The translations under genes and the position numbers were made by a program. A stretch of 64,000 nucleotides of DNA. It comes from Patescibacteria group bacterium (GTDB lineage Bacteria > Patescibacteriota > Kazan-3B-28). The number at the start of each line of letters is the position of its first letter. Position 1 is the first letter of the stretch. The stretch lies in contig JAQUNP010000001.1 in NCBI GenBank assembly GCA_028717565.1, forward strand, positions 112,997-176,996. The letters run 5' to 3'. Of this stretch, positions 1 through 13,300 are shown in pieces. A model generated the notes under the pieces. That model was not told the DNA's origin and ran no database searches. It saw only the letters and a program-made list of their open reading frames with translations.

Positions 1-94
1 CCGGACTTTTGGCTGTGAGAACCGAAGCAAAGTCCAGCACTTTCATGCCGCGTCTGCCTGCAGTAGTAGGTTTGATAATTCTCACCATGGGACT

Positions 95-385
95 TTATTT
101 AGTTTCCTCTTCAAATAATGGAATCGTTTGACCTTTTTTAAGCGTCACTACAACATGCTTACGACCCGCCCGAATGCCTTTAATGCGACGGAATCTTTTG
201 ATTTTGGCTGGTAAATTGATGACGTTGGTTTTCACTACTTCTACCCCAAAGGCGTCGGTCACGGCCATAGCCACCTGTTTTGCAGTAGCTTGTGCACTGA
301 CCAAAAAGGTGTATTTGTTGCCACTGCTTTGGGCGGAAATACTCTTTTCGGAAATAACTGGTTTCTTGACTACCGAGTTAAGCAT
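95..385 (-). CDS. rplW: 50S ribosomal protein L23
   Basis: 96-aa translation has the L23 fold signature and length. Sits at the 3' side of the L4-L3-S10 block. Confidence 0.9.
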   Translation of the reverse strand: MLNSVVKKPVISEKSISAQSSGNKYTFLVSAQATAKQVAMAVTDAFGVEVVKTNVINLPAKIKRFRRIKGIRAGRKHVVVTLKKGQTIPLFEEETK

Positions 386-989
386 GCTTGACCCTATTTA
401 AAAGTTGACTATAAGTATCGTTAATAAAAACTACATGATGCGCCCGGGCTACGATGAGGGCATTGACGCGATTAAGGCTTACGGGGGTAAGATTGCTGAG
501 ATTGCGCAAACCCTTTGCCCATGTGGCCTCAGGAATAACTACTAAAGCATTTCGTAAAACGAGGAGTTCTGGCGCATTGGCCTTGATGTCCCCGACCTTC
601 GTCAGAGGCTGCTCGAGAGTCAACCGAGCTAGCTGTCCGGCATCGACTTTTGATTTAAGAGCCATCATGAGTGCTTGGCGTTTCAGCTGAGTCGGCAGCA
701 TATGAGAAAAGTTGGCAGCATTTGTAGGACCAAAGGTAATTCCACCGCCCCGCCATAATGGGTTTCTGATAGACCCAGTTCTGGCTCGGCCTGTACCTTT
801 TTGCCGCCAGGGCTTTTTGCCACCGCCACTTACCTCGCCGCGACGTTTAGTATGAGCCGTACTTTGGCGTTGATTATTCAAAATGCCTAGAACCACCTGT
901 CGCAGCACTTTCGGCTGAATCCGAACTTGGCTAAGCTCCTGGCCCGCAATCTTTTCTAACCCGATAGTAGCAGAACTAGTCTTGGTCAT
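378..989 (-). CDS. rplD: 50S ribosomal protein L4
   Basis: Motif GGGKKPWRQKGTGRARTGSIRNPLWRGGG. The ORF extends to 1061 but that would overlap L3, so the start is more likely the internal Met (MTKTSS...) at 989. Confidence 0.9.
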   Translation of the reverse strand: MTKTSSATIGLEKIAGQELSQVRIQPKVLRQVVLGILNNQRQSTAHTKRRGEVSGGGKKPWRQKGTGRARTGSIRNPLWRGGGITFGPTNAANFSHMLPTQLKRQALMMALKSKVDAGQLARLTLEQPLTKVGDIKANAPELLVLRNALVVIPEATWAKGLRNLSNLTPVSLNRVNALIVARAHHVVFINDTYSQLLNRVKHA

Positions 990-1578
990 AGCTATGGTTC
1001 TTAGTGTGCTGAATAGTAACAAAGCTCTGGTTGGCCCCAGGGACTGCGCCAGAAACTGCAATCAGATTAGCTTGAGTGTCGACGGCCATTACTTTCAGAT
1101 TTTTGATGGTGTTTTGGGTGTTGCCCATATGTCCAGACATGCGCTTACCCTTCGCCACTCGTGGCATACCCATAGCGCCAATGGAACCTGGAGCTCGGTG
1201 ATGGTCATGTCCGTGAGTTTGTGGACCACGGTGGAATCCGTGCCGCTTGACAGTACCGGCAAATCCCATGCCTCGCGACGTACCGATGGCATCAACCAAG
1301 TCGCCTTCTTTGAAAATATCTAGAGAGATGGTATCCCCAACTTTATATTCGCCCTCTGGAAATCTGAATTCACGTTTAGTATAAAAAGTGGCTTTGGTGT
1401 CTGCCTTCTTAGCTGGCTTGGCTATACCGATTTGCAACGCAAAGTAGCCATCTTTGTCAGCGGTTTTTTTCTGCGTAATAACATTAGGCAGAACCTGAAA
1501 GATAGTGACGGCTTGGGCTTTGCCATCTGGAGTGATGGCTTGGCTCATGCTTAACTTTTTAGCGATAACACCTTTCAT
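976..1578 (-). CDS. rplC: 50S ribosomal protein L3
   Basis: Motif FKEGDLVD...GTSRGMGFAGTVKRHGF, typical of L3. Confidence 0.9.
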   Translation of the reverse strand: MKGVIAKKLSMSQAITPDGKAQAVTIFQVLPNVITQKKTADKDGYFALQIGIAKPAKKADTKATFYTKREFRFPEGEYKVGDTISLDIFKEGDLVDAIGTSRGMGFAGTVKRHGFHRGPQTHGHDHHRAPGSIGAMGMPRVAKGKRMSGHMGNTQNTIKNLKVMAVDTQANLIAVSGAVPGANQSFVTIQHTKNHSYDQD

Positions 1579-1678
1579 AAAAAATATCTGCTTTCATCTC
1601 CATTGACCGGACGATGATAAGCTATTAGTTAATATTTTGTGATAATCCCTCGATAACCTCGAGTTAGCTTCTGCAAAG

Positions 1679-2077
1679 CTACATTTTGACTTCGATGCTA
1701 ACCCCAGCCGGCAAAGACAGATTGGTTAAAGCGTCGATAGTTTTGGGAGTAGGATCGGCAATATCAATTAAGCGCTTGTGAATTCTCATTTCAAACTGGT
1801 CACGCGAATCTTTGTGAACGAACGTGGATTTGAGAACCGTGTAGACCTTCTTCTCGGTTGGAAGTGGAATGGGGCCTAAAACTACAGCTCCAGTGCGTTC
1901 CGCTGTGTCAATAATCAGACGAGCCGACTTATCTAAGATACGATGATCGTAGGCCTTTAAGCGAATACGAATTCTTTGCTTAGCATCTTTAGAGTGGCTA
2001 GCTTTTTTGGGAGGTGCAATTTCGGATTTTGGTTTATTTTCCGCCATAAGAGTTTTTAAGGTATCATTTTGCCCCAC
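1679..2077 (-). CDS. rpsJ: 30S ribosomal protein S10, with an approximately 30-aa N-terminal extension
   Basis: Core [16 protein letters not shown]...PLPT matches S10. Start could be M1 or M11. Confidence 0.85.
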   Translation of the reverse strand: MGQNDTLKTLMAENKPKSEIAPPKKASHSKDAKQRIRIRLKAYDHRILDKSARLIIDTAERTGAVVLGPIPLPTEKKVYTVLKSTFVHKDSRDQFEMRIHKRLIDIADPTPKTIDALTNLSLPAGVSIEVKM

Positions 2078-2110
2078 GCGAGGTGGGGCAAAGCGATACT
2101 TTTTACATAA

Positions 2111-3301
2111 TTATTTAACAATCTTAGTGACAACTCCGGATGCCACAGTCCGACCGCCTTCGCGAATAGCAAAGCGCAGACCTTCATCCATAGCAATCGG
2201 AACAATCAGTTTCACTGTCACGCTAGACAAGGTGTCACCCGGCATAACCATTTCGGTGCCTTCAGGAAGAAAGACCTCGCCAGTTACGTCAGTAGTTCTG
2301 AAATAGAACTGGGGTTTATAACCCTTGCCAAATGGGGTGTGACGTCCGCCCTCTTCTTTGGACAAAACGTAGATTTCGGATTCGAACTCAGTGTGCGGAG
2401 TGATAGTGCCCGGCTTGGCAATCACCTGACCGCGCTCGATTTGTTCTCTTTCAACACCGCGCAGCAAAAGTCCTACATTGTCACCAGCTTGGCCTTGATC
2501 TAAGAGTTTTCTAAACATCTCTACACCGGTGACTACGGTCTTAGCAGTTGGCTTAATACCTACAATTTCAACTTCATCATTGACCTTCACAATGCCCTGC
2601 TCGACACGACCAGTGGCTACTGTACCGCGTCCTTTGATAGAAAAGACGTCTTCTACTGGCATCAGCAAAGGTTTGTCGAGAGCCCGTACAGGATCTGGAA
2701 TATAACTATCCAGCGCATCCATCAACTCCATGATCGGCTTAATGGCCTCTGGATCAGTCGGGTTCTCAAGAGCCTTTAAGGCAGACCCTCTGATAATTGG
2801 GGTTTCATCTCCTGGATATTCTTGTTTGGTCAAAAGATCACGAATCTCTTGCTCTACTAAATCAATGAGCTCTGGATCGTCAACCATATCGGTCTTGTTT
2901 AGGAAAACTATGATGCGAGGGACGCCCACCTGACGAGCTAATAGAATATGTTCGCGAGTTTGAGGCATAGGGCCATCGGTAGCGGCCACCACCAAAATAG
3001 CAGCGTCCATCTGGGCGGCACCAGTAATCATGTTTTTGATGTAGTCGGCATGACCCGGACAATCAACATGAGCGTAGTGACGCTTGTCAGTTTCATATTC
3101 CTGATGACTAGTAGCAATAGTGATACCACGCGCCTTCTCTTCAGGGGCATTATCAATATCTTCAAACTTTCTGGCAGTCGCCTTACCTTGGGCCGCAAGC
3201 ACCTGGGTAATAGCCGCTGTCAGAGTGGTTTTTCCGTGGTCAACGTGGCCAATTGTACCGACGTTAACATGGACCTTATCGCGAGAAAATGTATCTGCCA
3301 T
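2111..3301 (-). CDS. tuf: Elongation factor Tu
   Basis: [18 protein letters not shown] and NKTD GTPase motifs. 396 aa. Confidence 0.97.
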   Translation of the reverse strand: MADTFSRDKVHVNVGTIGHVDHGKTTLTAAITQVLAAQGKATARKFEDIDNAPEEKARGITIATSHQEYETDKRHYAHVDCPGHADYIKNMITGAAQMDAAILVVAATDGPMPQTREHILLARQVGVPRIIVFLNKTDMVDDPELIDLVEQEIRDLLTKQEYPGDETPIIRGSALKALENPTDPEAIKPIMELMDALDSYIPDPVRALDKPLLMPVEDVFSIKGRGTVATGRVEQGIVKVNDEVEIVGIKPTAKTVVTGVEMFRKLLDQGQAGDNVGLLLRGVEREQIERGQVIAKPGTITPHTEFESEIYVLSKEEGGRHTPFGKGYKPQFYFRTTDVTGEVFLPEGTEMVMPGDTLSSVTVKLIVPIAMDEGLRFAIREGGRTVASGVVTKIVK

Positions 3302-3414
3302 ATGGACTCCTAACTAAGTTAAACTTATACCTGTAAAATATAAAAATTATACTTTTAGAAAATACACAATTTTTTCTTTATGCGCAAGGGTTTTTGACAA
3401 AAAAGTCGATTTCT

Positions 3415-3439
3415 CAACGGCTCAAAAAATGAGCCGTTG
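3415..3439 (-). terminator. Perfect 10-bp hairpin (CAACGGCTCA-a6-TGAGCCGTTG) between fusA stop and tuf, a likely partial terminator or attenuator
   Basis: Inverted repeat seen directly in sequence. A T-run follows 9 nt downstream on the minus strand. Confidence 0.5.
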
Positions 3440-3461
3440 ACTTATTGGTCAAAAAATGGTC

Positions 3462-5561
3462 TTATCCTTCTTTGCCGCCACCCCGTTTGGCAATGAGTTC
3501 TTCCTGGATGTTGGATGGAACTTTTTCATACTGATAGAACTCCATCGTGTAGGAAGCTCGGCCTTGGCTCATGGAGCGCAAGTTAGTAGCGTAACCAAAC
3601 ATCTCACCAAGCGGGACATAGCCCTTGATAGCTTTGGCGTTGCCCCGTTCAGTCATGCCCTCAATACGTCCACGCTTAGCATTTAAATCCCCCATTACAT
3701 CCCCAGCGAAATCTTCTGGAGTAACTACCTCTACTTTCATAATGGGCTCTAAAATAACCGGGCCGCCCTTCTTTACGCCGTCTTGGAGAGCCATCGAGCC
3801 AGCAATCGAAAAGGCCATTTCAGAGGAGTCCACATCGTGGTAGGTACCGTCATACAGCGTTGCGCGAATGCCGATAACTGGATAGCCCGCAAGCACTCCT
3901 CGTGCCATGGCACCCTCAATACCTTTTTGCACAGCCGGAATGTACTCTTTGGGAATAGCACCACCGACGATCTTGTTGATGAACTCAAAGTTTTTACCTT
4001 CTTCATCGTCAACCAGCGGTTCAAACCTAACATACACATGGCCATACTGGCCACGACCACCGGACTGGCGAACGTATTTTGTTTCTACATCTGATTCCTT
4101 GGTAACCGTTTCTCGATAAGCCACCTGCGGTTGGCCAATGTTGGCCTCCACTTTGAATTCACGCTTCATGCGATCAACGATAATATCCAAGTGTAGTTCT
4201 CCCATACCAGAAATGACCGTCTGGTTGGTTTCAGAATCAGTAGCTACTTTGAAAGTGGGGTCTTCTTCGGCCAACTTCTGAAGCGCCAATGACATCTTTT
4301 CTTGGTCGGCCTTGGATTTTGGCTCAACAGCAATAGAGATGACTGGTTCAGGGAATTCAATGGATTCTAGAATGATTGGATGCGCTTCATCGGTGAGCGT
4401 GTCACCAGTAGTGACACCTTTTAGGCCAACCATGGCACCAATTTCACCGGCAAAGATCTCATCAACTTCCTCGCGGTGGTTCGCATGCATTCTTAAGATA
4501 CGGCCCACTCGTTCTTTCTCCCCTTTGGAAGCATTGAGAACATAGGAACCGGCTTTGAGTGTACCGGAATAAACTCTGAAATAGATTAGTTTACCAACAA
4601 ATGGGTCGGTAGCAATTTTGAAAGCCAGAGCGGCAAAGGGCTGCTCGTCACTAGTTTCACGCGTAACTTCGCTCTCGGTTTTAGGGTCAATGCCTTTAAC
4701 TGCCGGCACCTCTAAAGGCGTTGGGAGATAATCTACAACCGCGTCCAGTAGCAGCTGGATGCCTTTGTTCTTAAGCGCTGAGCCGCAAAACACGGGAACA
4801 ACTTGATTGGCTACTACCGCAGCATGTAGGGCTTTTTTCAACTCGTCTATGGTCAAGGCCTGATCACCCAAAAATTTTTCTAAGAGATCTTCTTGGGTCT
4901 CTACAATCTTTTCTAACAAAACATGGCGATATTTTGCCATCGCTTCTTTCATATCCTCGGGTACGTCAGTTTCGGTGATTTGTTTACCTAGATCGTCTTC
5001 AAAGATGTACGCCTTTTCCGTAAGCAGATCAACTACACCTTTAAAAGTTTCAGCCGCACCGATTGGTAATTGAGCCATAACTGCATTGGCGCCCAAACGA
5101 TCAATAATGGATTTGAAACTTGCATAAAAGTCCGCCCCCATTCTGTCCATTTTGTTGATAAAACAAATACGAGGCACATGATATTTCTCGGCCTGACGCC
5201 ACACCGTTTCACTCTGTGGCTCCACACCCGCAACGCCGTCAAAAACGACGACGCCACCGTCTAGAACCCTTAAGGAGCGCTCTACCTCAACGGTGAAGTC
5301 AACGTGGCCGGGAGTGTCGATAATATTGATACGATAATCTTTCCAAAAGCAAGTCGTAGCGGCAGAGGTGATCGTAATCCCACGTTCCTGCTCTTGCTCC
5401 ATCCAATCCATGACCGCCTCACCTTCGTGCACTTCGCCAATCTTATAGGTAATCCCGGTATAGAACAAAATCCGCTCCGTAACCGTAGTTTTACCCGCGT
5501 CAATGTGAGCGATAATTCCGATGTTTTTTGTCCGATCGAGAGGATATTGTCTTTCCGCCAT
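3462..5561 (-). CDS. fusA: Elongation factor G
   Basis: AHIDAGKTT and DTPGHVDF motifs, 699 aa. Position between rpsG and tuf fits the str operon. Confidence 0.97.
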   Translation of the reverse strand: MAERQYPLDRTKNIGIIAHIDAGKTTVTERILFYTGITYKIGEVHEGEAVMDWMEQEQERGITITSAATTCFWKDYRINIIDTPGHVDFTVEVERSLRVLDGGVVVFDGVAGVEPQSETVWRQAEKYHVPRICFINKMDRMGADFYASFKSIIDRLGANAVMAQLPIGAAETFKGVVDLLTEKAYIFEDDLGKQITETDVPEDMKEAMAKYRHVLLEKIVETQEDLLEKFLGDQALTIDELKKALHAAVVANQVVPVFCGSALKNKGIQLLLDAVVDYLPTPLEVPAVKGIDPKTESEVTRETSDEQPFAALAFKIATDPFVGKLIYFRVYSGTLKAGSYVLNASKGEKERVGRILRMHANHREEVDEIFAGEIGAMVGLKGVTTGDTLTDEAHPIILESIEFPEPVISIAVEPKSKADQEKMSLALQKLAEEDPTFKVATDSETNQTVISGMGELHLDIIVDRMKREFKVEANIGQPQVAYRETVTKESDVETKYVRQSGGRGQYGHVYVRFEPLVDDEEGKNFEFINKIVGGAIPKEYIPAVQKGIEGAMARGVLAGYPVIGIRATLYDGTYHDVDSSEMAFSIAGSMALQDGVKKGGPVILEPIMKVEVVTPEDFAGDVMGDLNAKRGRIEGMTERGNAKAIKGYVPLGEMFGYATNLRSMSQGRASYTMEFYQYEKVPSNIQEELIAKRGGGKEG

Positions 5562-5669
5562 GTTGATTAAGATTTAATAGTTCTTTATTAAGCGAGCTTG
5601 GTCGCCTTGGGCGACTGGGCCGCTGCCCACGAGCGTCTCAAAAGAAAACTAGCGTTTTCTTTTGAAGCC

Positions 5670-6143
5670 CTAAAATCTCGCATAGTGAGCAAACGCTCGG
5701 TTGGCCTCGGCCATGCGGTGAGTTTCTTCCTTCTTTTTGACCGCTTCACCAGTATTGTTATAAGCATCAATCAGTTCCTGACCCAGCCGTTCGGCCATTG
5801 GTTTACCTTTTTTGGCACGAGTAGCTTTAATCAGCCACTGCATAGCTAACACGACTTTGCGCTCGGAGCTAACTTCAGTGGGAATCTGCAAATTGGCACC
5901 ACCAATGCGGCGTCCTTTCAATTGAACTGCTGGATAAATATTGGCAAAGGCATCTTCCAACACTTGTACTGGATCCTTGCCGACTTTTTTTGCAGCAATT
6001 TGTAACGCATCATAAACGATTTGCTCCGCCACTGTTTTTTTGCCATTAAGCATTAGTTTATTAATCAGGCGCGCAACTAAAAGACTGCCATATTTATGGT
6101 CGGGGGTCAGTTCACGTTTGAGATTAAGTCGACTGCGAGGCAT
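5670..6143 (-). CDS. rpsG: 30S ribosomal protein S7
   Basis: MPRSR...KYGS...LMLNGKKT signature. Confidence 0.95.
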   Translation of the reverse strand: MPRSRLNLKRELTPDHKYGSLLVARLINKLMLNGKKTVAEQIVYDALQIAAKKVGKDPVQVLEDAFANIYPAVQLKGRRIGGANLQIPTEVSSERKVVLAMQWLIKATRAKKGKPMAERLGQELIDAYNNTGEAVKKKEETHRMAEANRAFAHYARF

Positions 6144-6157
6144 AGAATATATATTTT

Positions 6158-6604
6158 TTAAGCAACTGTAGCTTCTTTGGCGGTAGTAGCACCGCTGCGC
6201 TTCGTACCATATTTGGAACGACCACGTTTACGATTTTGGACACCGGCCGTATCTAGCCGACCACGTACCACGTGATACCGCACACCTGGGAGGTCTTTTA
6301 CTCTACCACCTCGGATCAATACGATTGAATGTTCCTGCAAGTTATGGCCAATACCACCAATATAGGCCGTAACCTCCATGCGGTTGGTTAGACGTACACG
6401 CGCAATCTTACGCAAAGCCGAGTTTGGCTTTTTGGGCGTAGTAGTAGTGACCTTTACACAAACGCCCCGTTTGAACGGTGAACCCTTACTCGTAGTCGTA
6501 GGGCGCATTTTAATAGTATTAAAACCTCTCTGCAGTGCTGGAGATTTACTTTTTTGGACTGCAGTTTTACGGTTCTTGCGAATTAATTGGTTAATTGTTG
6601 GCAT
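6158..6604 (-). CDS. rpsL: 30S ribosomal protein S12, with an internal insertion and a C-terminal extension
   Basis: [10 protein letters not shown]...[10 protein letters not shown]...[16 protein letters not shown]. 148 aa versus about 124 typical. Confidence 0.95.
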   Translation of the reverse strand: MPTINQLIRKNRKTAVQKSKSPALQRGFNTIKMRPTTTSKGSPFKRGVCVKVTTTTPKKPNSALRKIARVRLTNRMEVTAYIGGIGHNLQEHSIVLIRGGRVKDLPGVRYHVVRGRLDTAGVQNRKRGRSKYGTKRSGATTAKEATVA

Positions 6605-6612
6605 GTGAAGGA

Positions 6613-9600
6613 TTATACTGACTTCTTAGCTGAGCTGTCAATCTGGCCACGAGCCTTAAAGCCAGTTCCAGCCGGAATTAATCGGCCAACAATGACATTT
6701 TCTTTGAGGCCACGGAGATAATCTACTTTACCTGTAACTGCAGCATCAACCAATACTCGAGTTGTCTCCTGGAAGGATGCCGCTGACAAAAAGCTTTCTG
6801 TGTTTAAGGCAGCTTTGGAAATACCCAATAGCAATTGAGTGGCGGTTGGCGGAGTTTTGCCGGCCTTGGCCAAAGCAGCTGCGATGTGTTCAAAGGCTAA
6901 TTTCTCAATAATTTCACCGACGATAAAGTCACTATCCCCTTCTTTTTCAATCCGCACTTTGGAGAACATCTGACGCACTACTGCTTCAACGTGTTTGTCG
7001 TTGATATTTTGGCCCTGCAATGAATAAATCTTCTGGATTTCTGAAATGATGTACCGTTGAGCAGCGTCGATACCCTTTAGCTTCATAAGGTCTTTAGTAT
7101 TGAGCTGACCTTCAGTCAATTGCTGACCACGGGCAATCCGATCTCCGTCCTTAACACGCAAAAAGACCTTGGCGGTAATAGGATACTCATAGACCTCTTT
7201 TTGATTGTGAGTAAAAGCAATATTATTTTCGTCGATGGCGACTACACCGTTGGCCGTAGCCTTGTGTTCGTCTTTATCTACCACAAAGAAAACGTCACCA
7301 CGTTTCACCTCACTACCGTCTTTTACTTTGACTTTAGCGTCTTGGGGGATCTTAATATCGGTCACCACTTCTTCAACAACCTCCAGACGCATGAATTTCT
7401 TGTTGCCCACCTCCATAACATGAACCGTACCGTCGCCCGGAGATAAGATGGCCTCGGTCTTGGGCACACGTGCTTCAAACAATTCTTCAACTCGTGGCAA
7501 GCCCTGCGTGATATCAGCTGTAGATGCCACACCGCCGGTATGGAACGTCCGCATGGTGAGCTGTGTACCTGGTTCGCCGATGGATTGAGCCGCTACAATG
7601 CCCACGGCCTCGCCTAGCTCAACCAGTGAGCCGCGTGCCAAATCCTTGCCGTAACATTTTTGACAAACGCCCCATTCGGCCTCACAAGTGATCATCGAAC
7701 GAACCGGAACCTCGGTGACACCTGCATTTTCTATGTGACGAGCAATCTCTTCAGTGATGTATTCGTCCTTGCCGACAATAACTTTGGCGCCGACCTTGAT
7801 TTCGGCGGCCGTGAATCTGCCCTCCAAACGTTTGTGGAGTGGATCGGCTAGCATATCATCGGGGTCATGGACGATTGTAATAAAGCGGTCGGTACCACAA
7901 TCTTCAGTCCCCACAATAATGTCTTGGCAAACGTCCACTAGTCGACGGGTCAGATAACCAGCGTCAGAGGTTCTTAAAGCTGTGTCGGATAAACCTTTTC
8001 GAGCACCGTGAGTAGATAAGAAATATTCCAAGGTGGTAAGCCCCTCTTTATAGTTGGACTTAACGGGCAGCTCAATCTTGCGACCAGCTGGGTTAACTTT
8101 GGTGCCTACCATCCCGATTAGCTGGTTGTACTGCTCCAAGCTACCGCGAGCACCAGAACTAACCATCATGGCTGTGGGGTTAATGGGATTTTCCTTAATG
8201 GTGGCGTCTAGCAAGTCCTCAATGGATTGCTTGGTTTTTTCCCATTCATTAATTACCAAACGACGCCGTTCGTCAGCAGTAATCAAACCTTCTTTGTACT
8301 GTTCGCGTACGCCCTTGGTAGTCACATCTGTGTTACTAATCAGTCCTTGTTTTTCTGCTGGGACATTAAGATCGCCCGCCGAGAAAGTAGCGCCCGAGAG
8401 TGCGGCATAAGTGAATCCAAGATTTTTCATATCGTTAGCCAACTTCACTGTGCGCTCAGTACCAAGTGTACGGTAGCAAGTGTTGACCAATCCCTTGAGG
8501 CGTTTTTTGTTGGTAATCTCATTCACGAAGCCGATTTCCTCCGGAATAATCTGATTAAAGATCAACCGGCCTAGTGTGGTTTTGAGCATATCGCCATTCA
8601 CTGGTACCAAAATCAGGTCTTGGAGCTTGATGACTCCATGATGATGAGCCAACTGGGCTTCTTCGATATTGCGATAGTATCTAATTTTTGCCTTGTCAGG
8701 ATTGTCATCCGTAAAGGTCAAATAGTAACAGCCCAGGACCACGTCTTGGTCCGGCATGACAATCGGATCACCAGTGGCTGGCTTGAGCAAGTTTTTAGAT
8801 GAAAGTAAGATTTCTCTAGCTTCCTCTTGGGCCTGTTTACTCAAAGGCAAATGGATGGCCATTTGGTCACCGTCAAAGTCAGCATTGAAAGCTGTACAGG
8901 TTAGAGGATGGAGCTGAATAGCATTACCCTCAATGAGTTTAGGTTTAAAGGCCTGAATACCCAAGCGATGCAAGGTGGGTGCGCGGTTAAGTAACACGTA
9001 GTATTTATTAACGACTTCGTCTAAAGCGTCCCAGACCTCGTTGGTCTCTTTTTCCACCATTTTGCCGGCGGTTTTAACGTTGTGGACGATGCCGTCACGC
9101 ATCAAGCTGGAAATGACGAACGGCTTGAAAAGCTCCAAAGCAATTGGTTTGGGGACTCCACATTCATGCAGCTCCAAGTCGGAGCCAACTACGATGACAC
9201 TTCGGCCAGAGTAATCAACACGCTTGCCCAGCAAATTTTGACGGAAACGGCCTTGTTTACCTTTGAGCATGTCGCTTAAAGATTTCAGTTTGCGCTTCGC
9301 AGTCGTAGTTGAAGAAGTTTCTCGCGCAGTAATATCAAAGAGGGCATCGACAGCTTCCTGTAGCATACGTTTCTCGTTTCGAGTGATGACCTCTGGCGCA
9401 CCGATGTCAATCAATTTTTTCAATCGATTGTTCCGGTTAATAACTCGGCGATACAAATCATTTAAATCGGAAGTGGCAAAACGACCACCGTCTAGTTGAA
9501 CCATAGGGCGCAAATCTGGCGGGATAACTGGCAAAACCGTTACGAACATCCAACTAGGATGCAAGGCGGCCTTGGAAAAGCCCTCCAGAAGTTTAAGCCG

Positions 9601-10386
9601 TTTCTGTAATCGCTTATATTTCTGGCCAGTTGCACTTTTCAGCTCCTCTCGCATATCTTTGATCTCCGTAACTAAATCCATCTGTTTGACCAGGTCGTGT
9701 ACTGCCTCTGCGCCGATGCCAGCCGTGAAAACCTGACCGTATTTCAAATTGAGGCTCCGATATTCGTGCTCAGACAAAATCTTTTGTATCTTGAGATCTT
9801 TAATCTCATTCAAAGCTGTCTGGTAAGCATTTTTCAGTTTTTCCAAACGCTCTTCTAGCTCACTAGCTTCGGAATTTTTTTGCTTGTGTTCGGATTTAAT
9901 AGTTTTGATGTGCACCTTGTACTCTTTGTCTAGCTGCTCAAGAGCCGCCGTACGGGCACTCTCATCAATACTAGTGACAATGTAAGAGGCAAAGTAAATT
10001 ACCTGCTCTAATTTTCTAGCCGGTACATTTAAAATCAGCCCTAAGCGTGATGGTGTACCGCGTAAATACCAAATGTGACTCACCGGGGCGGCTAAGTTAA
10101 TATGGCCCATCCGTTCACGGCGAACTACTGCTCGAGTTACCTCTACACCACACTTGTCACAGACAATGCCTTTGTAACGAACTTTTTTGTACTTGCCGCA
10201 GTAACATTCCCAGTCCTTAGTTGGGCCAAAGATGCGCTCGTCGAACAAACCGTCTTTTTCCGGCCGTAAGGTTCGATAGTTTATGGTCTCTGGCTTAGTA
10301 ATCTCGCCGTGTGACCAATTTAAAATCTGTTCTGGCGATGCCAGCCCAATTCTAACCGCTAAAAAGCTTTCGTCTTTGGCTTTCAT
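6613..10386 (-). CDS. rpoC: DNA-directed RNA polymerase beta' subunit
   Basis: NADFDGD catalytic motif and Zn-finger CxxC pairs. 1257 aa. Confidence 0.97.
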   Translation of the reverse strand: MKAKDESFLAVRIGLASPEQILNWSHGEITKPETINYRTLRPEKDGLFDERIFGPTKDWECYCGKYKKVRYKGIVCDKCGVEVTRAVVRRERMGHINLAAPVSHIWYLRGTPSRLGLILNVPARKLEQVIYFASYIVTSIDESARTAALEQLDKEYKVHIKTIKSEHKQKNSEASELEERLEKLKNAYQTALNEIKDLKIQKILSEHEYRSLNLKYGQVFTAGIGAEAVHDLVKQMDLVTEIKDMREELKSATGQKYKRLQKRLKLLEGFSKAALHPSWMFVTVLPVIPPDLRPMVQLDGGRFATSDLNDLYRRVINRNNRLKKLIDIGAPEVITRNEKRMLQEAVDALFDITARETSSTTTAKRKLKSLSDMLKGKQGRFRQNLLGKRVDYSGRSVIVVGSDLELHECGVPKPIALELFKPFVISSLMRDGIVHNVKTAGKMVEKETNEVWDALDEVVNKYYVLLNRAPTLHRLGIQAFKPKLIEGNAIQLHPLTCTAFNADFDGDQMAIHLPLSKQAQEEAREILLSSKNLLKPATGDPIVMPDQDVVLGCYYLTFTDDNPDKAKIRYYRNIEEAQLAHHHGVIKLQDLILVPVNGDMLKTTLGRLIFNQIIPEEIGFVNEITNKKRLKGLVNTCYRTLGTERTVKLANDMKNLGFTYAALSGATFSAGDLNVPAEKQGLISNTDVTTKGVREQYKEGLITADERRRLVINEWEKTKQSIEDLLDATIKENPINPTAMMVSSGARGSLEQYNQLIGMVGTKVNPAGRKIELPVKSNYKEGLTTLEYFLSTHGARKGLSDTALRTSDAGYLTRRLVDVCQDIIVGTEDCGTDRFITIVHDPDDMLADPLHKRLEGRFTAAEIKVGAKVIVGKDEYITEEIARHIENAGVTEVPVRSMITCEAEWGVCQKCYGKDLARGSLVELGEAVGIVAAQSIGEPGTQLTMRTFHTGGVASTADITQGLPRVEELFEARVPKTEAILSPGDGTVHVMEVGNKKFMRLEVVEEVVTDIKIPQDAKVKVKDGSEVKRGDVFFVVDKDEHKATANGVVAIDENNIAFTHNQKEVYEYPITAKVFLRVKDGDRIARGQQLTEGQLNTKDLMKLKGIDAAQRYIISEIQKIYSLQGQNINDKHVEAVVRQMFSKVRIEKEGDSDFIVGEIIEKLAFEHIAAALAKAGKTPPTATQLLLGISKAALNTESFLSAASFQETTRVLVDAAVTGKVDYLRGLKENVIVGRLIPAGTGFKARGQIDSSAKKSV

Positions 10387-10388
10387 AA

Positions 10389-13300
10389 TTATTTCTTCTT
10401 TAATTTGGAGGCCACTTTGTTTTGTTCACCAATGGGAGTTTTTAAATCTTCCTCGTTATCAACCACATCTACGTTAAGACCCAGTCCCTGAAGCTCCTTA
10501 ACGATGACGTTGAAGGCCTCGGGAGTATGGGCGGTTTGAATCTCTTCGCCCTTAACAATGGATTCATACGTGCGGGAACGGCCTTGCACATCGTCGGATT
10601 TAATTGTCAGCATTTCTTCCAAAGTATGAGCTGCGCCATAACCTTCCAACGCCCAGACCTCCATTTCGCCAAACCGCTGACCACCGAGTTGGGCCTTGCC
10701 ACCCAACGGCTGCTGGGTAACTAGAGCATATGGTCCAATAGAACGAGCGTGGATCTTGTCGTCGACCATGTGGTTGAGCTTCAACATATAAATAATTCCT
10801 GTGGTAGTTTCCTGAGCAAAGGGTTCGCCAGTCCGACCGTCATACAGCTGAATCTTGCCCTTTTCAGGCAGGTCGGCATTTTTAAGTTCGTCGACAATAC
10901 CGTCCATATTAATACCCTCAAACACTGGATTAATAGCATTGAATCCACCTTTGCCAGCTGCCCAACCCAGATGGGTTTCTAAAATTTGCCCTAAATTCAT
11001 CCGAGAGATAACGCCTAAAGGGTTTAAAATGATATCCACTGGCGTGCCATCCTCTAAGAACGGCATGTCTGCTTGGGGAACAATCTTGGCAATCACGCCC
11101 TTGTTGCCATGGCGACCAGCCAGTTTATCGCCAACTGAAATCTTGCGCATTTGAGCAATATACACATAAATCTTTTTCAAAACGCCAACCTCTAGTTTGT
11201 CACCTTTATCGGCATCAAAAATTTGTACACCAATGACTTTGCCGTAACCACCGTGAGGCATGGTTAAGGAAGTGTCTTTGACGTCTTTGATCTTTTCACC
11301 AAAGATGGCTCGCAGCAATCGCTCTTCAGATGTGAGTTCGGTTTCACCTTTGGGAGTAATCTTACCGACCAAAATATTTCGTGACTTCACTTTGGCCCCA
11401 ATCCGAATAATGCCGTCTTCATCCAAATCGGCCACCGCATCTTCGCCAACGTTCGGGATGTCACGGGTAGTGATTTCAGGACCTAATTTTGTATCACGAA
11501 CATCAATCTCCTCACGTTTGATATGGATAGAAGTGAACTCGTCGTCCTCGACTAAACGGTCAGAAATAATAATAGCGTCCTCATAGTTAGAACCACCCCA
11601 AGACATGAAAGCCACCAATACGTTTTTACCTAAAGCGAGGCGGGAATTTTTGATAGCCGGACCATCACATAGAGGTTGACCTTTTTTGACCACATCCCCT
11701 TCGCAGACAATTGGGGTTTGATTAAGGTTAGTTTCATCATTGGATCGCGAAAACTTAATCAGCTCAAAAACTATGCTCTTGCGTTTGCCTTTGGGCATAA
11801 ATTCAATTTTTGAACCATCAACATACTTAATGGTACCGTCCTCCGGAGCAGTCAAAACCCAGCCCGAGCCTAAGGCGGCATCCCATTCCACACCGGTGGA
11901 AACAATCGGAACGTTGGGTTTGACCAGAGGAACAGCTTGGCGTTGCATATTGGAGCCCATCAGAGCGCGTTTAGCGTCATCATGTTCAACAAACGGAATC
12001 AATGAGGTAGTCACACTTAAAATTTGTTTTGGAGACACGTCCATATATGAAATACGGCCGATAGATAAAGTTTCTGGTTCACCGCCTAAACGAGCTGGCA
12101 CATATTGCGACAGGACATGACCTTCGTCATCAAGCGGGATATTGGCTTGGGCAATACCGGTTTTTTCTTCGATGTAAGCATCAACATACTGAACGTCATT
12201 AGTGACAAAAGTTGTAACCGGAATCAAATCGAGTCCCGCAACTTTAATCAGTTTTTTGGCTAACGTTTCAGTAGCAACGGTCTTGCTTGGTACCAAAATG
12301 TTTTTGGTTTTGGGATCAACTATATCTTTATGTATAGTCCGACCGATAACCGACTTACCGTCATTGGGCACGGCAGAAATTACGCGTCGATAGGGGGTTT
12401 CAATAAAACCATACTCGTTGACTTTGGCATAGGACGCCAAGTGCCCTACCAAACCGATGTTTTGACCTTCTGGGGTTTGGATGGGACAAATGCGACCATA
12501 ATGGCTGGTATGTACATCGCGGACATCAAAACCAGCACGTTCGCGGGACAGTCCACCCGGACCCATGGCTGAGAGGCGACGTTTATGTTCCAGCTCGCTT
12601 AAAGGGTTAACCTGATCCATGAACTGGGATAGTTGGCTGGAGCCAAAAAATTCTTGCATGACAGCTGAAATCGGCCGCGCATTGATTAGCTGGGCTGGGG
12701 TGAGAGTGGAAATGTCGGAAACGCTCATGCGGTCTTTGACAATGCGCTCCACCCGCAAAAGTCCAGTCCGGAATTTGTTTTGCATCAGCTCGCCCACCGC
12801 TCTCACGCGACGATTCTTTAAATGATCCACATCATCAGCCAATCCCCCCTCATTGTTGAGACGAATAATTTCTTTGGTAATAGCTACCAGATCCTCTAGT
12901 GTCAAAACTCGATGTTTGCGGTCATTGGCGGATGTAAGGTCTAGTCGTTTGTTGATTTTGTAGCGACCCACTGCGCCCAAATCGTAACGACGAAAGTTTT
13001 GGAAAGTATTTACAAACAGTGTTCTGGCATTCTCGACAGTAGCCAAATCCCCTGGACGAATCTTTTTATACACTTCCAACAAGGCCTGATCGGTGGATTT
13101 GGCTGGGTCTTTTTCAATAGTATTTTTGATAAAGTTCATCTTGGGGTCGGTATCAACATCCGCAAACATCTCAATTAATTCGGCATCACTACCCACGCCA
13201 AAGGCACGCAAAATAGTCGTCACAAAAGTTTTGCGTTTGCGATCGATTTTGACAGAAACGACGCCCTTGCTGTTGGTTTCTAGCTCCAACCAGGCGCCGC

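Noticed and set aside
990-1061. 5' 24 codons of the L4 ORF
   Set aside because: They would overlap the 3' end of L3 by 86 nt. An internal Met (MTKTSS) gives the usual short intergenic spacing.
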